A stretch of DNA of 64,000 nt from an uncultured Actinomycetes bacterium (GTDB taxonomy: Bacteria > Actinomycetota > Thermoleophilia > Gaiellales > JALYLC01): positions 677,532 through 741,531 of the forward strand of contig OY970326.1 of NCBI GenBank assembly GCA_963717155.1, in the 5' to 3' direction. Numbering within the stretch: the first letter of the stretch is position 1; every line of letters begins with the position of its first letter. The notes under the pieces were generated by a model, which had not been told where the DNA came from, made no database searches, and saw only the letters and a program-made list of their open reading frames with translations. The position numbers and the translations under genes were made by a program. This document shows, piece after piece, positions 41,154-50,845 of this stretch.

Positions 41154-44100
41154 GTGCCTAGTGACGTCCGCCTGCTCGCGGGGATCGCCACAGCGGTCCT
41201 CGCCGTCGTTTGCCTGGCCTCGGCCGGGAGGCTGGCCTTCGCGCTCCGCCGGGGAGGGTCGCGTCAGGGCGCCGCGCTTGTCTGGGCGGTCGCCGCGCTC
41301 GGCATCGGCGCCGCCGCAGCGGCCGGCGCGATCGCGCTGGACGATGACGCCGTCCTCGACCTGGTCGCAGCCGGTGCCGCGATCGTTGCGGCGATCGCGC
41401 TCGGGTCGACCGTGGTCGGCGACGTCGACCAGCTCGTCGACGGCGGCCGCGGCAAGCGCCAGGCCACGCTGCTCGCCGAGCGTCGCGGCCACGCGCTGGC
41501 CACGGCGACGCGCCTTTCAGAGGTCGCCGAGCGCGCCTCGACCCGCGAGGCGGTACTCGAATTGCTGGTCGAGGGCGTGCGCTCCGCCGTCGGCAGCGAG
41601 GTAGTGGCCGTGATCGAGGCCGACGCGAGCGACCGGGATGCAGTGGCCTCGGCGCTCACGTCCGTCGGCATCGGGGTCGCCGGCGCAGTGGTGGTGCCAC
41701 TGCTGGCCTCGCCACCGCTGGCGCTCGCGACATCACGTGCGGCCGGGCGCTCGGAGGAGGTGGTCGCGCAGCTCGAGTCGCTAGCGGCCGCCGCTCGTCC
41801 CGCCCTCGCCGCTGTCGAGGCGCGGGCACGCGCCGACGCCGCGCGCGCGGCGCGCTCTGCGGCTGCGCAGGTCCTGCGCCGGCTGCTCTCGCTGCGTGAT
41901 GTCGCCGACGTGGCCGACGCGTTCACGAGCGAGCTGCGCGAGCGCCTGCCGCTGCGGGCAGTCGGACTCCGCCTGATCGACGAGCCCGAGCACTGGACTC
42001 CCGAACGTCCGCCGGTCGAGATGCCGCTCGACGAGCGTGCACTGGTGCTCGGCGACACCGGGCTCGGGACGCTGTGGCTGTGGCTCGAGCGGCCGCTGCG
42101 CCCGGACGAGGTCGCCCTGCTCGATCTCTGCTGCGACCACGCGCCACCTGCGTTCGGGCTCGCCCGCATGCGAGCATCGTTGCGAGAGGCGCGGCTCGCC
42201 CAGGCCGCGCTCGTGCGCGCCGCCGAGACGGTGGGAGGCGAGCTCGACCTCGACGTGCTGCTCGGCAAGCTCGCGGCTGCGGCTGCGCGCATGCTCGGAG
42301 CCGACGCGGCGGCGGTCTGGGTCCACGACGCGACGAGCGAGCAGAACCGCGTCGCGGCGACGTACGGGTTCGACGACGACCTCGATGGCGAGCAGTTCCC
42401 CGCGGGCGCGGGCGCGGCCGGTGCCGCGATCGCGGGCCTTCGTCCCGTGCAGCGCTCGGGCGGCGAGCCGGATGCAGTCAGCCACCCCTCGCTCCGGGAG
42501 GTACGGCGCGAGCTGGCCGTGCCCGTCCGCTGGGGCCGGCGCGGGCGCGCTGCGCTCGTGGTGGCGGCGTTCGCGGACGGCGGCGCCTTCGGGCTCGCCG
42601 AGATCGAGCTCGCGAGCGCGCTCGCGCGGCTGGCGTCGCTCGCGCTCGAGAACGCCGAGGCCTTCGCCGAACGCGGCCGGCAGGCGCGGCTCGACCGCGT
42701 CGCCTCGCTCGTGGCATCCGAGCTCGCGCCGACCCACAACGTCGAGGATGCGCTCGAGGCGATCGCCCGCACGGCGACGGCGGCCTTCGAGGCGGATCGT
42801 GCGCAGGTCCGCTACGGCGAGGGGCTGCCCGTCGTCGCCGGGCACGGTGCCGGCGGCCGGGTCACGGCGCTCGAGCGCCTGGCGACGGACGAGCGTCGCG
42901 TGATCGCTGCGGGAAGCGCCTCGGCCGATGCCCGGCTCGACTCGTCCGAGCACAAGCGGCTCGGCTCGGGAGCGCTCCTGTGCGTGCCGCTGGCGGGTGA
43001 TCGGCCGGGTGAGCGCCCGGGCGTCGTCACCGTGTCGTGGAACGCCCCGCGCACGTTCGGAGACGCCGACCTCGCGCTCGCCGAACGGCTGCAGGAGTCC
43101 GCCGTCGCCGCGCTCGAGCGCGCGTCGCTCGAGGAGGCTGAACATCGTGCGAGCACGCTCGCTCGTGAGCTGCAGCGCGTGTCAGCCCTGCTCGCGGCCG
43201 ATCTCGAGCCGCGCACGGTGCTGCGCCAGATCGTCGCGCAGGCCTCCGATCTGCTCAAGGCCGACGCGTGCACGCTGCGTCTGCTCGAGGGTGGAGAGCT
43301 CGTCGCGCGCGCCGTGCTCGGCGAGGCCTCCGATCTGCTCTCGGACCGCCGCTCCCTCGCGAGCGATCCGGTCGCCGCGGAGACGCTCGCGGGGCCGGCG
43401 CCCGTGGCGATTCCCGACCTGACGGCCGACCCGCGGCTGGCGGACGATCCGATCGTGCGCGACGCCGGTCTCGCCGCGTACCTCGGGGTGCCCGTGCAGA
43501 CGGCCGACGGCGAGATCCAGGGCGTGCTTGCGGTGTACGCCCGGACCCCGCGCAGCTTCCGCGCCGACGAGGTCGACGGCCTTGCCGCCCTGGCGAGCTC
43601 GGCGGCGGTCGCGCTGCGCAACGCGCTCCTGTACGAGCGCGTCGCGCAGGAGAAGGACGCGGGCGAGGCGATCCTCGCACAGGTCGCCGACGCGATCGTG
43701 GCGTCCGACGCGGACGACCGCATCACCCGCTGGAACGCGGCCGCCGAGCGCGTCACGGGCATGCGCGCGCGGCGGGTGCTCGGGCGCGAGCTCGGCGAGC
43801 TCCTGCGCAGCGAGCTCGGCGACTCCGACGGCGTGGCGCGCGCGGCACTCGCGGCGGCGGCGGCAGGCTCGAGCGCCCCGCTCGAGGTGCGCCTCGAGCG
43901 CGGCGGGCGCGACATCTGGCTCTCGATCACCGCAGCCTCGCTGCGCGATCCGCGCGAGGAGCTGCCGGGCACGGTGTTCGCGATCCGCGACGTCTCGGAC
44001 GAGCGCCGACTCGACCAGGTGAAGTCCGACTTCGTCGCGACGGTCTCGCACGAGCTGCGCACGCCGCTGACCTCGATCTACGGGTTCGCCGAGACGCTGC

Positions 44101-44736
44101 TGCGCGCCGATACGACGTTCGGCGAGGACGACCGCGCGACGTTCGTCCGCTACATCGCGACCGAGGCCGAGCGACTGACACGGCTCGTCGACGGCCTGCT
44201 CTCCGCGACGCGCCTCGAGGCGGGCGCGGTGCAGCTCGCACTCGGCCCGGTCGACGTTCCGGCACTCGTGCGCGAGGTGGCCACCGCCGCCAAGGGTCGC
44301 TCCGAGCGCCACAAGGTCAAGATCGGCGTGCCCACACAGCCCGTGTACGCGATGGCCGATCAGGATCGCGTGCGCCAGGTGCTCATCAACCTGGTCGACA
44401 ACGCGATCAAGTACTCGCCGTCGGGTGGCGAGGTGAAGGTGCAGGCGCGCGCTCGCGGACGGCTCGTCGAGATCCGCGTGTCCGACCAGGGCATCGGGAT
44501 CTCCGAGCTCGATCAGCGCAACCTGTTCCGCAAGTTCTTCCGCGTCGACGCGTCGCAGCGCGGCGGGCATCCGCGGCGTGGGCCTCGGGCTCTTCCTCGT
44601 GCGAGGGTTCGTCGCGGCGATGGGTGGACGCATCTGGGTCGAGTCCGAGCTCGGCAAGGGCTCGACGTTCGTCGTCGAGCTTCCGGCAACCGAGCAGGAG
44701 CCGACTGCCACCGCGAAGGCCGAGCGCGTCGCATAG
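41154..44736 (+). CDS. Membrane-anchored multi-GAF / PAS sensor histidine kinase (one frameshift near 44565)
   Basis: N-terminal TM helices, about five GAF-like segments and one PAS-like segment (ILAQVADAIVASDADDRITRWNAAAERVTG). H-box VSHELRTPL, N-box NLVDNAIKYS, G1 DQGIGI. G2 GVGLGLFLVRGFV...GKGSTFVVELP is in the shifted frame. Confidence 0.9.
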
Positions 44737-44747
44737 CCCCCGTTCCG

Positions 44748-45110
44748 ATGCACATCCTGGTCGTCGACGATGAACCGGCAATCCGGTTGCTCTGCCGCGT
44801 GAACCTGCAGGCGGACGGAATGACCGTGGAGGAGGCCTGGGACAGCGACTCGGCGATGGCCGTTGCGCGCGCACGCCGCCCTGACGCGGTGCTGCTGGAC
44901 GTGATGCTTCCCGGCGATGACGGTTTCGCGGTCGCGGCGAGGCTGCGGGCGGAACCCGGGCTCGAGGACGTCCCGATCATGCTGCTCACGGCCCGAGCCG
45001 ACCTCGACGGGAGCGAGCTCGTCCGCCGCTCGGGCGCAGCCGGCGTCCTGACGAAGCCGTTCAACCCGGTCGACCTCTCCGAGCGACTGCGAGCGCTGAT
45101 CCGTCCGTGA
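44748..45110 (+). CDS. Single-domain (CheY-like) response regulator
   Basis: MHILVVDDEPAIRLL...PDAVLLDVMLPGDDGF...PIMLLTAR...VLTKPFNPVDL. No output domain. Confidence 0.9.
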   Translation: MHILVVDDEPAIRLLCRVNLQADGMTVEEAWDSDSAMAVARARRPDAVLLDVMLPGDDGFAVAARLRAEPGLEDVPIMLLTARADLDGSELVRRSGAAGVLTKPFNPVDLSERLRALIRP

Positions 45111-45961
45111 GCGTCTACGCGCGTCGCCGGCTGATCGCGCTCTGCATCGCGGCGCTCATCATCGGTGGCGGGTACGCCCTGTTCGGGCGCGGGGGTGGGT
45201 CGTCGCCCGGCAAGAAGGCCACCTCGACCACCAAGACAACGCCCGCGGTGATCGGGCGCCCGGGCGGCCAGGAGCTCGCCGCCGTGCCGCCGACCGGCAA
45301 CGTCCCGCTTCCGACGAAGACGACGGGATCCGGCCCGTTCGTGCGCGCCGAGGGGAAGGTCGTCCAGCGTCAGGACGCCCGCCCGGGAGGCATGGTCGCC
45401 CTGACGTTCGACGACGGCCCGGGGCCGGATACGTCCGGGGTGCTCGAGGAGCTTCAGCGAGAGCACGCGGTCGCGACGTTCTTCGTGATCGGCTCGCGCG
45501 CCAAGGAGGATCCGGAGACGGTCAAGAGCCTGTATCGGGCGGGCATGCAGATCGGCAATCACACCTGGACGCATCCCCAGCTCGCCCGCCTCGGAGCGAC
45601 CAAGCAGCTTGCGCAGCTGGAGCGGACCCAGGACGAGATCGCGTCGATCATCGGCGTGCGACCGCGCTTCTACCGGCCGCCGTACTGGTCGTGGAACGAC
45701 CTGACCGCGCGCGAGGCGGGCAAGCTCGGCATGGTCGGCGTGCTGTTCTCGGTCGATACCGGCGACTGGAAGCGGCCGGGCACCGAGGCGATCATCCGCG
45801 CGGCGCTGACGGCCAAGGCCGGCGACGTGATCGCGTTCCACGATGCGGGCGGCGACCGCAGCCAGACCGTGGACGCGATCGCGTCGATCGTCGTCGGGCT
45901 CCGCAAGCTCGGTCTCGAGCCGGTGACGCTCGACCGTCTCTACGGCGGCGACCGTACGTGA
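45107..45961 (+). CDS. Membrane-anchored polysaccharide deacetylase (NodB/CE4 family)
   Basis: TM helix LIALCIAALIIGGGYALF. NodB motifs ALTFDDGP, ATFFVIG, GNHTWTHP, RFYRPPY. The GTG start overlaps the regulator stop (GTGA). Confidence 0.9.
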   Translation: MSVYARRRLIALCIAALIIGGGYALFGRGGGSSPGKKATSTTKTTPAVIGRPGGQELAAVPPTGNVPLPTKTTGSGPFVRAEGKVVQRQDARPGGMVALTFDDGPGPDTSGVLEELQREHAVATFFVIGSRAKEDPETVKSLYRAGMQIGNHTWTHPQLARLGATKQLAQLERTQDEIASIIGVRPRFYRPPYWSWNDLTAREAGKLGMVGVLFSVDTGDWKRPGTEAIIRAALTAKAGDVIAFHDAGGDRSQTVDAIASIVVGLRKLGLEPVTLDRLYGGDRT

Positions 45962-45977
45962 GTACCCTTCGCACGCA

Positions 45978-46051
45978 CGGGGCGTAGCTCAGCCTGGCAG
46001 AGCACCGCGTTTGGGACGCGGCGGTCGGCCGTTCGAATCGGCCCGCCCCGA
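45978..46051 (+). tRNA. tRNA-Pro (anticodon TGG)
   Basis: Hand-folded cloverleaf: acceptor CGGGGCG/CGCCCCG, D-arm GCTC..GAGC, anticodon stem CCGCG/CGCGG with loop TTTGGGA, T-arm GGCCG TTCGAAT CGGCC. 74 nt. Confidence 0.95.
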
Positions 46052-46119
46052 TCGGGTTCACACTCCCAGCGATCCAGCCCACTGGCACGGAGGGCCGCGG
46101 CCGGGGTAGTCTCGCCACT

Positions 46120-46425
46120 ATGCCGCTGCTCGACCGAGCCGACTACGACGCTGCGCTCGTGGAGGCGATCGATGACCTTCCCGACTGGGTGATCGCCGCG
46201 CTGGACCACGGAGTCATCCGGGTCGAGCAGGCGCCTCGCGCGGGCGGGCTCGCGCCCGAACGGGGACTGCGCGTCGTGGTCTACCGCGAGCCCTCGTTGC
46301 TGCGCGCTCGCGACCGCGACGAGCTGCGCCGCCTGGCGCGCGCGGACCTGGCGCGCGCCGTGGTGTGGCAGCTCGACCTGGGCGAGCAGCGCGTGCGCGA
46401 GTTCGCCGCAGCCCTCGTCGCGTAG
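46120..46425 (+). CDS. DUF1025/zinicin-like family small protein, HExxH motif not evident
   Basis: 101-aa ORF. The layout ...ALVEAIDDLPDWVIAALDHGVIRVEQAP...VVVYREPSLLRA... resembles the small actinobacterial 'metallopeptidase family protein' as I recall it. The expected HExxH position reads ARAVVWQLDLGE. Confidence 0.4.
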   Translation: MPLLDRADYDAALVEAIDDLPDWVIAALDHGVIRVEQAPRAGGLAPERGLRVVVYREPSLLRARDRDELRRLARADLARAVVWQLDLGEQRVREFAAALVA

Positions 46426-46426
46426 C

Positions 46427-46604
46427 GTGTCTGCAGACCGCTCGAGCGAGCGCGAGCTGATCGACGAGATCGCACGTCTCGATGCCGAGATCGTCGTGCT
46501 GCAGCGGATCGACACGCTCAGCGAGCGTGCCCGGGCCGATCTGAGCGCGCGCGAGGCGCGACGCGCGGAGCTCGCCGAGCGCGCTCGCCGAGCTCAGGCG
46601 CTAG
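46427..46604 (+). CDS. Possible small coiled-coil ORF (end uncertain)
   Basis: The GTG start overlaps the upstream stop. VSADRSSERELIDEIARLDAEIVVLQRIDTLSERARADLSAREARRAELAERARRAQ. The in-frame ORF runs on antisense to the next gene, so the real stop is unclear. Confidence 0.2.
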
Positions 46605-46992
46605 CCGTCTCCTTGCCATCGACCTGCTCGATGCCGACGGCCTTGCGGAGGTCATTGACATCGCTGCGCATGCCGCCGTTCTCGTCCTGGGATGCCTCCA
46701 TCATGTCGGCCAGCGCATCCGCGATGGCATCGAGCTTCTGCTGGATCGCATCCTCCGAGCGGCTCTGGCTGTTCTGGAGGAGCGCGACCATCAGGAACGT
46801 GACGATGGTCGTCGCCGTGTTGATCACGAGCTGCCACGTGTCGATGCTCCCGAACAGCGGGTAGCTCAGCAGCCACAACAGCACGAGGCCGACGCAGGCG
46901 ACGAAGAACGGCGCGTGGCTCGTGAAGCGTGCCGCCGCCTGCGCGAAGCGCTCGAAGAAGCCTGTCCGATCCGTCTCGCGCTTGCTTCCCAT
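46594..46992 (-). CDS. Low-affinity iron permease family membrane protein
   Basis: Intact 132-aa ORF. FFERFAQAAARFTSHAPFFVACVGLVLLWLLSYPLFGSIDTWQLVINTATTIVTFLMVALLQNSQSRSEDAIQQKLDAI matches my recollection of the Pfam Iron_permease (PF04120) family. Confidence 0.7.
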   Translation of the reverse strand: MGSKRETDRTGFFERFAQAAARFTSHAPFFVACVGLVLLWLLSYPLFGSIDTWQLVINTATTIVTFLMVALLQNSQSRSEDAIQQKLDAIADALADMMEASQDENGGMRSDVNDLRKAVGIEQVDGKETASA

Positions 46993-47032
46993 GGCGCGTG
47001 ATACCCGCGCCTGGAACCCTGAAACGCCTGCG

Positions 47033-47224
47033 TCAGGCCGGGTTTTCTGCGCCGACGTCGCCGACGACCACGAGTCGCAGCTTGCCCGCGATCACGAGCT
47101 GCTCGACGAGCGTCGCGGTCTCGCCCTCGGACAGCCCGATCTGGCGGCCCAGCTCCGCGAAGCCGAGAGCCTCCGGCGGCGAGCCGGCGATCAGCTGGAG
47201 AAGTTCTCGTTCGTGGTCTGCCAT
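47033..47224 (-). CDS. Small winged-helix-like protein (hypothetical)
   Basis: 63 aa from ATG 47224: MADHERELLQLIAGSPPEALGFAELGRQIGLSEGETATLVEQLVIAGKLRLVVVG... This is the C-terminal part of a longer track ORF whose upstream portion is antisense to the NmrA-like gene. Confidence 0.35.
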   Translation of the reverse strand: MADHERELLQLIAGSPPEALGFAELGRQIGLSEGETATLVEQLVIAGKLRLVVVGDVGAENPA

Positions 47225-47239
47225 CGCGCAATCATAGGA

Positions 47240-47310
47240 AGCGGGCGGCGGGAATCGAACCCGCATCATCGGCTTGGAAGGCCGAAGCTCTACCACTGAG
47301 CTACGCCCGC
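47240..47310 (-). tRNA. tRNA-Trp (anticodon CCA)
   Basis: The reverse complement folds as GCGGGCG TA GCTC AGTGGTA GAGC T TCGGC CTTCCAA GCCGA TGAT GCGGG TTCGATT CCCGC CGCCCGC T. Confidence 0.95.
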
Positions 47311-47380
47311 GAGGCCCCGCAGGACGATAGCTCAGTGCTCCTGTTCTCGAATCACGTCGCGACTCGCCTACAGTGGAGCG

Positions 47381-48286
47381 ATGGCCGACGGCACCGTCCT
47401 CGTCGCGGGCGCATCGGGATACGTCGGGCGCCGGCTCGTGCCGGCGCTGGTCGCAGCGGGCCGTCCCGTGCGGGCGCTCGTGCGCGACCCCGACCGCGCG
47501 ACTCTTCCCGAGCCGGTCGAGCTGGTGCGGGGCGACGTGACCGAGCCGACGAGCCTGGCCGCTGCCTGCGAAGGCGTCGCCACCGTAGTGAACCTCGCGG
47601 CGGTCACGGCCGATCGCAAGGCGCCGCCTGGAGGCTACGACGCGGTGAACGCCGTCGGCGCCGCGAACCTCGTCGACGCAGCGAAACGGGCGGGCGTCGA
47701 ACGCCTGGTCCAGATGGGTGGCATCGACACCAGCACGGGGCCGGCCGGCGCGTACCTGGCCGGGCGACGCCGTGGCGAGCGGGCGGTCATCGACTCCGGC
47801 ATCCCCTGGGCCGTGCTGCAGCCCTCGATCATGTTCGGTGGCCCGGACTCCGCGTTCGTGCATGCCATGGCAGGGCTCGTGCGTCGCGCGCCGATCGTCC
47901 CCGTGCCCGGCGATGGCCGCCTGCTGCTGCAGCTCGTGTGGGTCGAGGATGTCGCGCGCTGCCTCGTCGCGCTGGTCACCGACGAGACGAAGCTCGGCCG
48001 GCGCCACCCGGTCGGAGGCCCCGAGGAGCTGACCTACGACGACCAGCTCGACGTCATCGGCGCCGCGCTGGGGAAGAAGCGCGTGCGGAAGACGCACATC
48101 CCGCTCGCCCTGATGCGGGTCCAGGCCTCGCTGCTGCAGGTGTTGCCGCGCCCCCCGCTGACCCCGGCAGCGCTCGAGCTGTTCGGGTCGGACAACGTGG
48201 CGGGGCTCGACTCGATCCCGAGCGGCTTCGGGTTCCAGCCGCGCTCGTTCCGCGAGCATCTCGCGGCGCACGGCCTGAACGGGTGA
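47381..48286 (+). CDS. NAD(P)-binding NmrA/atypical-SDR family protein (complex I NDUFA9-like epimerase fold)
   Basis: Intact 301-aa ORF. VLVAGASGYVGRRLVPALVAAG (GxxGxxG), ...VNLAAV..., WAVLQPSIMFG. Confidence 0.8.
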   Translation: MADGTVLVAGASGYVGRRLVPALVAAGRPVRALVRDPDRATLPEPVELVRGDVTEPTSLAAACEGVATVVNLAAVTADRKAPPGGYDAVNAVGAANLVDAAKRAGVERLVQMGGIDTSTGPAGAYLAGRRRGERAVIDSGIPWAVLQPSIMFGGPDSAFVHAMAGLVRRAPIVPVPGDGRLLLQLVWVEDVARCLVALVTDETKLGRRHPVGGPEELTYDDQLDVIGAALGKKRVRKTHIPLALMRVQASLLQVLPRPPLTPAALELFGSDNVAGLDSIPSGFGFQPRSFREHLAAHGLNG

Positions 48287-48314
48287 CCGTTCCGGCGGCT
48301 ACGATGATCTGCGA

Positions 48315-48387
48315 GCGCCCGTAGCTCAGCGGATAGAGCAGCTGCCTTCTAAGCAGCCGGTCGCACGTTCGAATCGTGCCGGGCGCA
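48315..48387 (+). tRNA. tRNA-Arg (anticodon TCT)
   Basis: GCGCCCG TA GCTC AGCGGATA GAGC A GCTGC CTTCTAA GCAGC CGGTC GCACG TTCGAAT CGTGC CGGGCGC A. 73 nt. Confidence 0.95.
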
Positions 48388-48766
48388 TCGCTGACTAGCA
48401 GGGGTTTTCCCTGCAAACCAGGCAGGAGCGCGTTGTGCATCCTGGGACGTCTGGCGACACGTTCAGACCACCGAATGCGCGCAGGATATTTGCGGGAGCG
48501 TTTGCGGGAACAAGCGCTCGCAGCAGCGTGCGCGCCGATCACCCCTACCCAACCCCACAGAAAGGACAGGGCCATGGCCGCCGGCCTCGTACGCGATCCG
48601 GGGTCGCTGGGAATGCGCGCCAGCGGCCCCGGTCTCACTGCTTCGTAGCGATGCGTTTGTCCGCTTCGAGCGAGGCGTGTTCGAGTGGTGTGCATGTTCC
48701 ACGGTCTCACAGTCTGTCTCGCACGCGGCGGAAACCGAGAAGCCCCCGCAGACGCCCGCGGTCCAT

Positions 48767-50045
48767 TCACGGAGCGCTGCGATTGCTGTACGGCAGACCC
48801 GGCGGAATCAGCTTGGAGCACGTAGCCACCGCGCTTCTGGCCTGGGAAGAGTTCGGGTCGATGTTCGGCGGGAAGTTGAACGTGACGGTGTTGTTCCCGA
48901 ACGTCGGGTCGGGGAAGTCAGGAACTCCGTGCGAGCGCATGCACTCGGCGGCCTTGAGGTAGTCACCCTGATCGGCAGGAGTGATCTGGGGGGTCTGCGT
49001 GTTTTGCGTCCCCGTGGGCTGCGGCGTTCCGGGCGGCAGCATTCCGGGCGGCAGCGTTCCGGGCGGAACATCGGTCGAACTGGCGGGCGCCGTAATCGGC
49101 GGTGTGCTGCCAAGCTGGCTGTAGGTGACGCTCCACGTGTAGGTGCCGTTCTGCTGGAAGGTCACGCTGACCTGCCTGACGAGGCCGTCGCCTTCGACGC
49201 TCATCTCGAACTGGAGATCGTTCTGCACACTGCTGCCAGGGGCGTTCCCGGCCCGCGCCACCGAAGATCATGTCGGTACGTTTTTGGGCACCGAGGATCA
49301 TGCTCGTGATGGCGTCGTTGCCGGGCACCGTCGCTGGATCGAGGGTGCTGCTCGGGATCGTGCCGGTGTAGACCGTGGTGCCGTCCGGTTGCGCCGTCTG
49401 CTGCACCCCGGTGGCCAGGGCGAGGATCTGCTGCGGGGTGGTGCTTGCGATGTTGTCTTGTGCGAGTTGCGCCAACCCGCCGAGCGGCTTCGGCTCCACG
49501 TCGGAGGCGTTGGCGTAGTGCAGCCAGGTTCCATCCGACGTCTGCACGTACATGCCGCCTCCGATCAGCAGCAGTTGCGGGATCGGGCCGTCCCCTGGCG
49601 AGAACGCGATGTCGCTGCCGTTCCAGCGGGCGGCGTCGATTGTCTGGGTGACGCCGGCGTGGAGCACGGTCGTCGTCATCGTCCCTGACGGGGCTGCGGC
49701 GGTCGCGGCGAGCGCTCGCCTCGCCGCCGCGTCGGCACCCGGGGGCGAGGCAGCCGTCAACGCGAGACCGACGACGATGCCGATGACAGCGACTGCGGCG
49801 GCGACGGTGACACCGAGGCCGACCTCGCGGCGATGCCGGGACTTGGGCTTCGGCAGTGGTGGCCGGGCCGGGACGGGGGTCGCGGGGATCTGCGTCCTGA
49901 GCGAGTCGAAGCTGTCGATCCAATCATCGAAGCCCGGCTGGTTCCGGGGACTCGCGTCGCGCAATGCACGGAGGCTGGCGTCCGTACGCATGGTGTTCCT
50001 CCTTCGAGGACGAACTGGTGGGGCCTCAGTGCGCTTCGGGCTCAT
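48767..50045 (-). CDS. Anti-sigma-like single-pass membrane protein with extracytoplasmic domain (one frameshift near 49255)
   Basis: Immediately downstream of, and overlapping, the ECF sigma gene. Cytoplasmic N-terminus, TM helix VGLGVTVAAAVAVIGIVVGLALTA, then a large external part and a Pro-rich linker PPGTLPPGMLPPGTPQPTG. Confidence 0.55.
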
Positions 50046-50605
50046 GGCTCCACCCCTTTGTGGCGAGGCGAAACAGGACGGGGAACGGTCGTATCCGTGG
50101 CAGGCGTCCTCGCTTCGAAGGCGGCACGGAACCGCCGCTTCGCTCGATGCAGGCGAACCCGCACCGTCACCGGCGGACGGCCCACGATCGTGCCGATTTC
50201 AGTTGCCGTGAGCCCTTCGCACTCGGCCAGGAACAGGAGTTCGCGGTCGCGTGGAGCGAGCGCCGCGAGGGCCTCATGCACCTGCCCGGCGAGTGGTTCT
50301 TCCTCGCCCTCCTCGATCGCCACCGGCTGACCGCTCAACTTCTCGTACAGCCTGCTCCGGCGAGCGCCGGCGCGAGCCTCGTTCGCCACGACCCGTCGCG
50401 CGGTGGCGTACAGCCACGGTCGAGACGCCTCGCCAGCGGGCACGTCGTCTAGCCGCCGCCAGGCGACCAGGAACACCTCGGCCACCGCGTCCTCCGCATC
50501 GCCGCGAGATCGCAAGCACCAACGGCAGTACGAGGCGATGCCCGCAACGTGCTCTCGGAACAGCGCCTCGAAGCGTTCCCTAGCCACGTCTACCTCGGAC
50601 AACAT
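50042..50605 (-). CDS. ECF-type RNA polymerase sigma-70 factor
   Basis: FEALFREHVAGIASYCRWCL...AEDAVAEVFLVAWRRLDDVP (region 2) and LAALAPRDRELLFLAECEGLTATEIGTIVGRPPVTVRVRLHRAKRRF (region 4). ATG at 50605 follows an AGGAGG RBS. The track ORF starts at an upstream GTG (50629). Confidence 0.85.
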   Translation of the reverse strand: MLSEVDVARERFEALFREHVAGIASYCRWCLRSRGDAEDAVAEVFLVAWRRLDDVPAGEASRPWLYATARRVVANEARAGARRSRLYEKLSGQPVAIEEGEEEPLAGQVHEALAALAPRDRELLFLAECEGLTATEIGTIVGRPPVTVRVRLHRAKRRFRAAFEARTPATDTTVPRPVSPRHKGVEP

Positions 50606-50845
50606 CGGCCTCCTCGCCGTTCTACGCACTCATGCTGTCAATGTCCAGACCCGCAACGAACGTTTCGACATCCCCCGCGATGAGGCCGGCCCACGACGAC
50701 ACTCAACCGTCGCGTTCTTGCGTGAGGCACGACGGCAGCGGCGCGCCGAGGTCGCGCGTGCGCGCGTGCGCGCGAGAGTCAGTCGGAGCACCTCGGGCGC
50801 TATGCTTTGGAGCGATCATGAGCTTCCTAACGACCTCGCGGTGAC

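Noticed and set aside
41079-41492. 138-codon N-terminal extension of the ispH track ORF
   Set aside because: IspH homology begins at MADDRIPTRRLLLARPRGYCAGV (ATG 41078). The upstream part is Arg/Gly/Asp-rich, overlaps the start of the divergent kinase gene, and is a run-on.
47225-48271. Upstream 349 codons of the 47033-48271 minus-strand ORF
   Set aside because: This part is antisense to tRNA-Trp and to the well-supported NmrA-like gene. Only the final 63 codons (from ATG 47224) are retained, as a low-confidence small gene.
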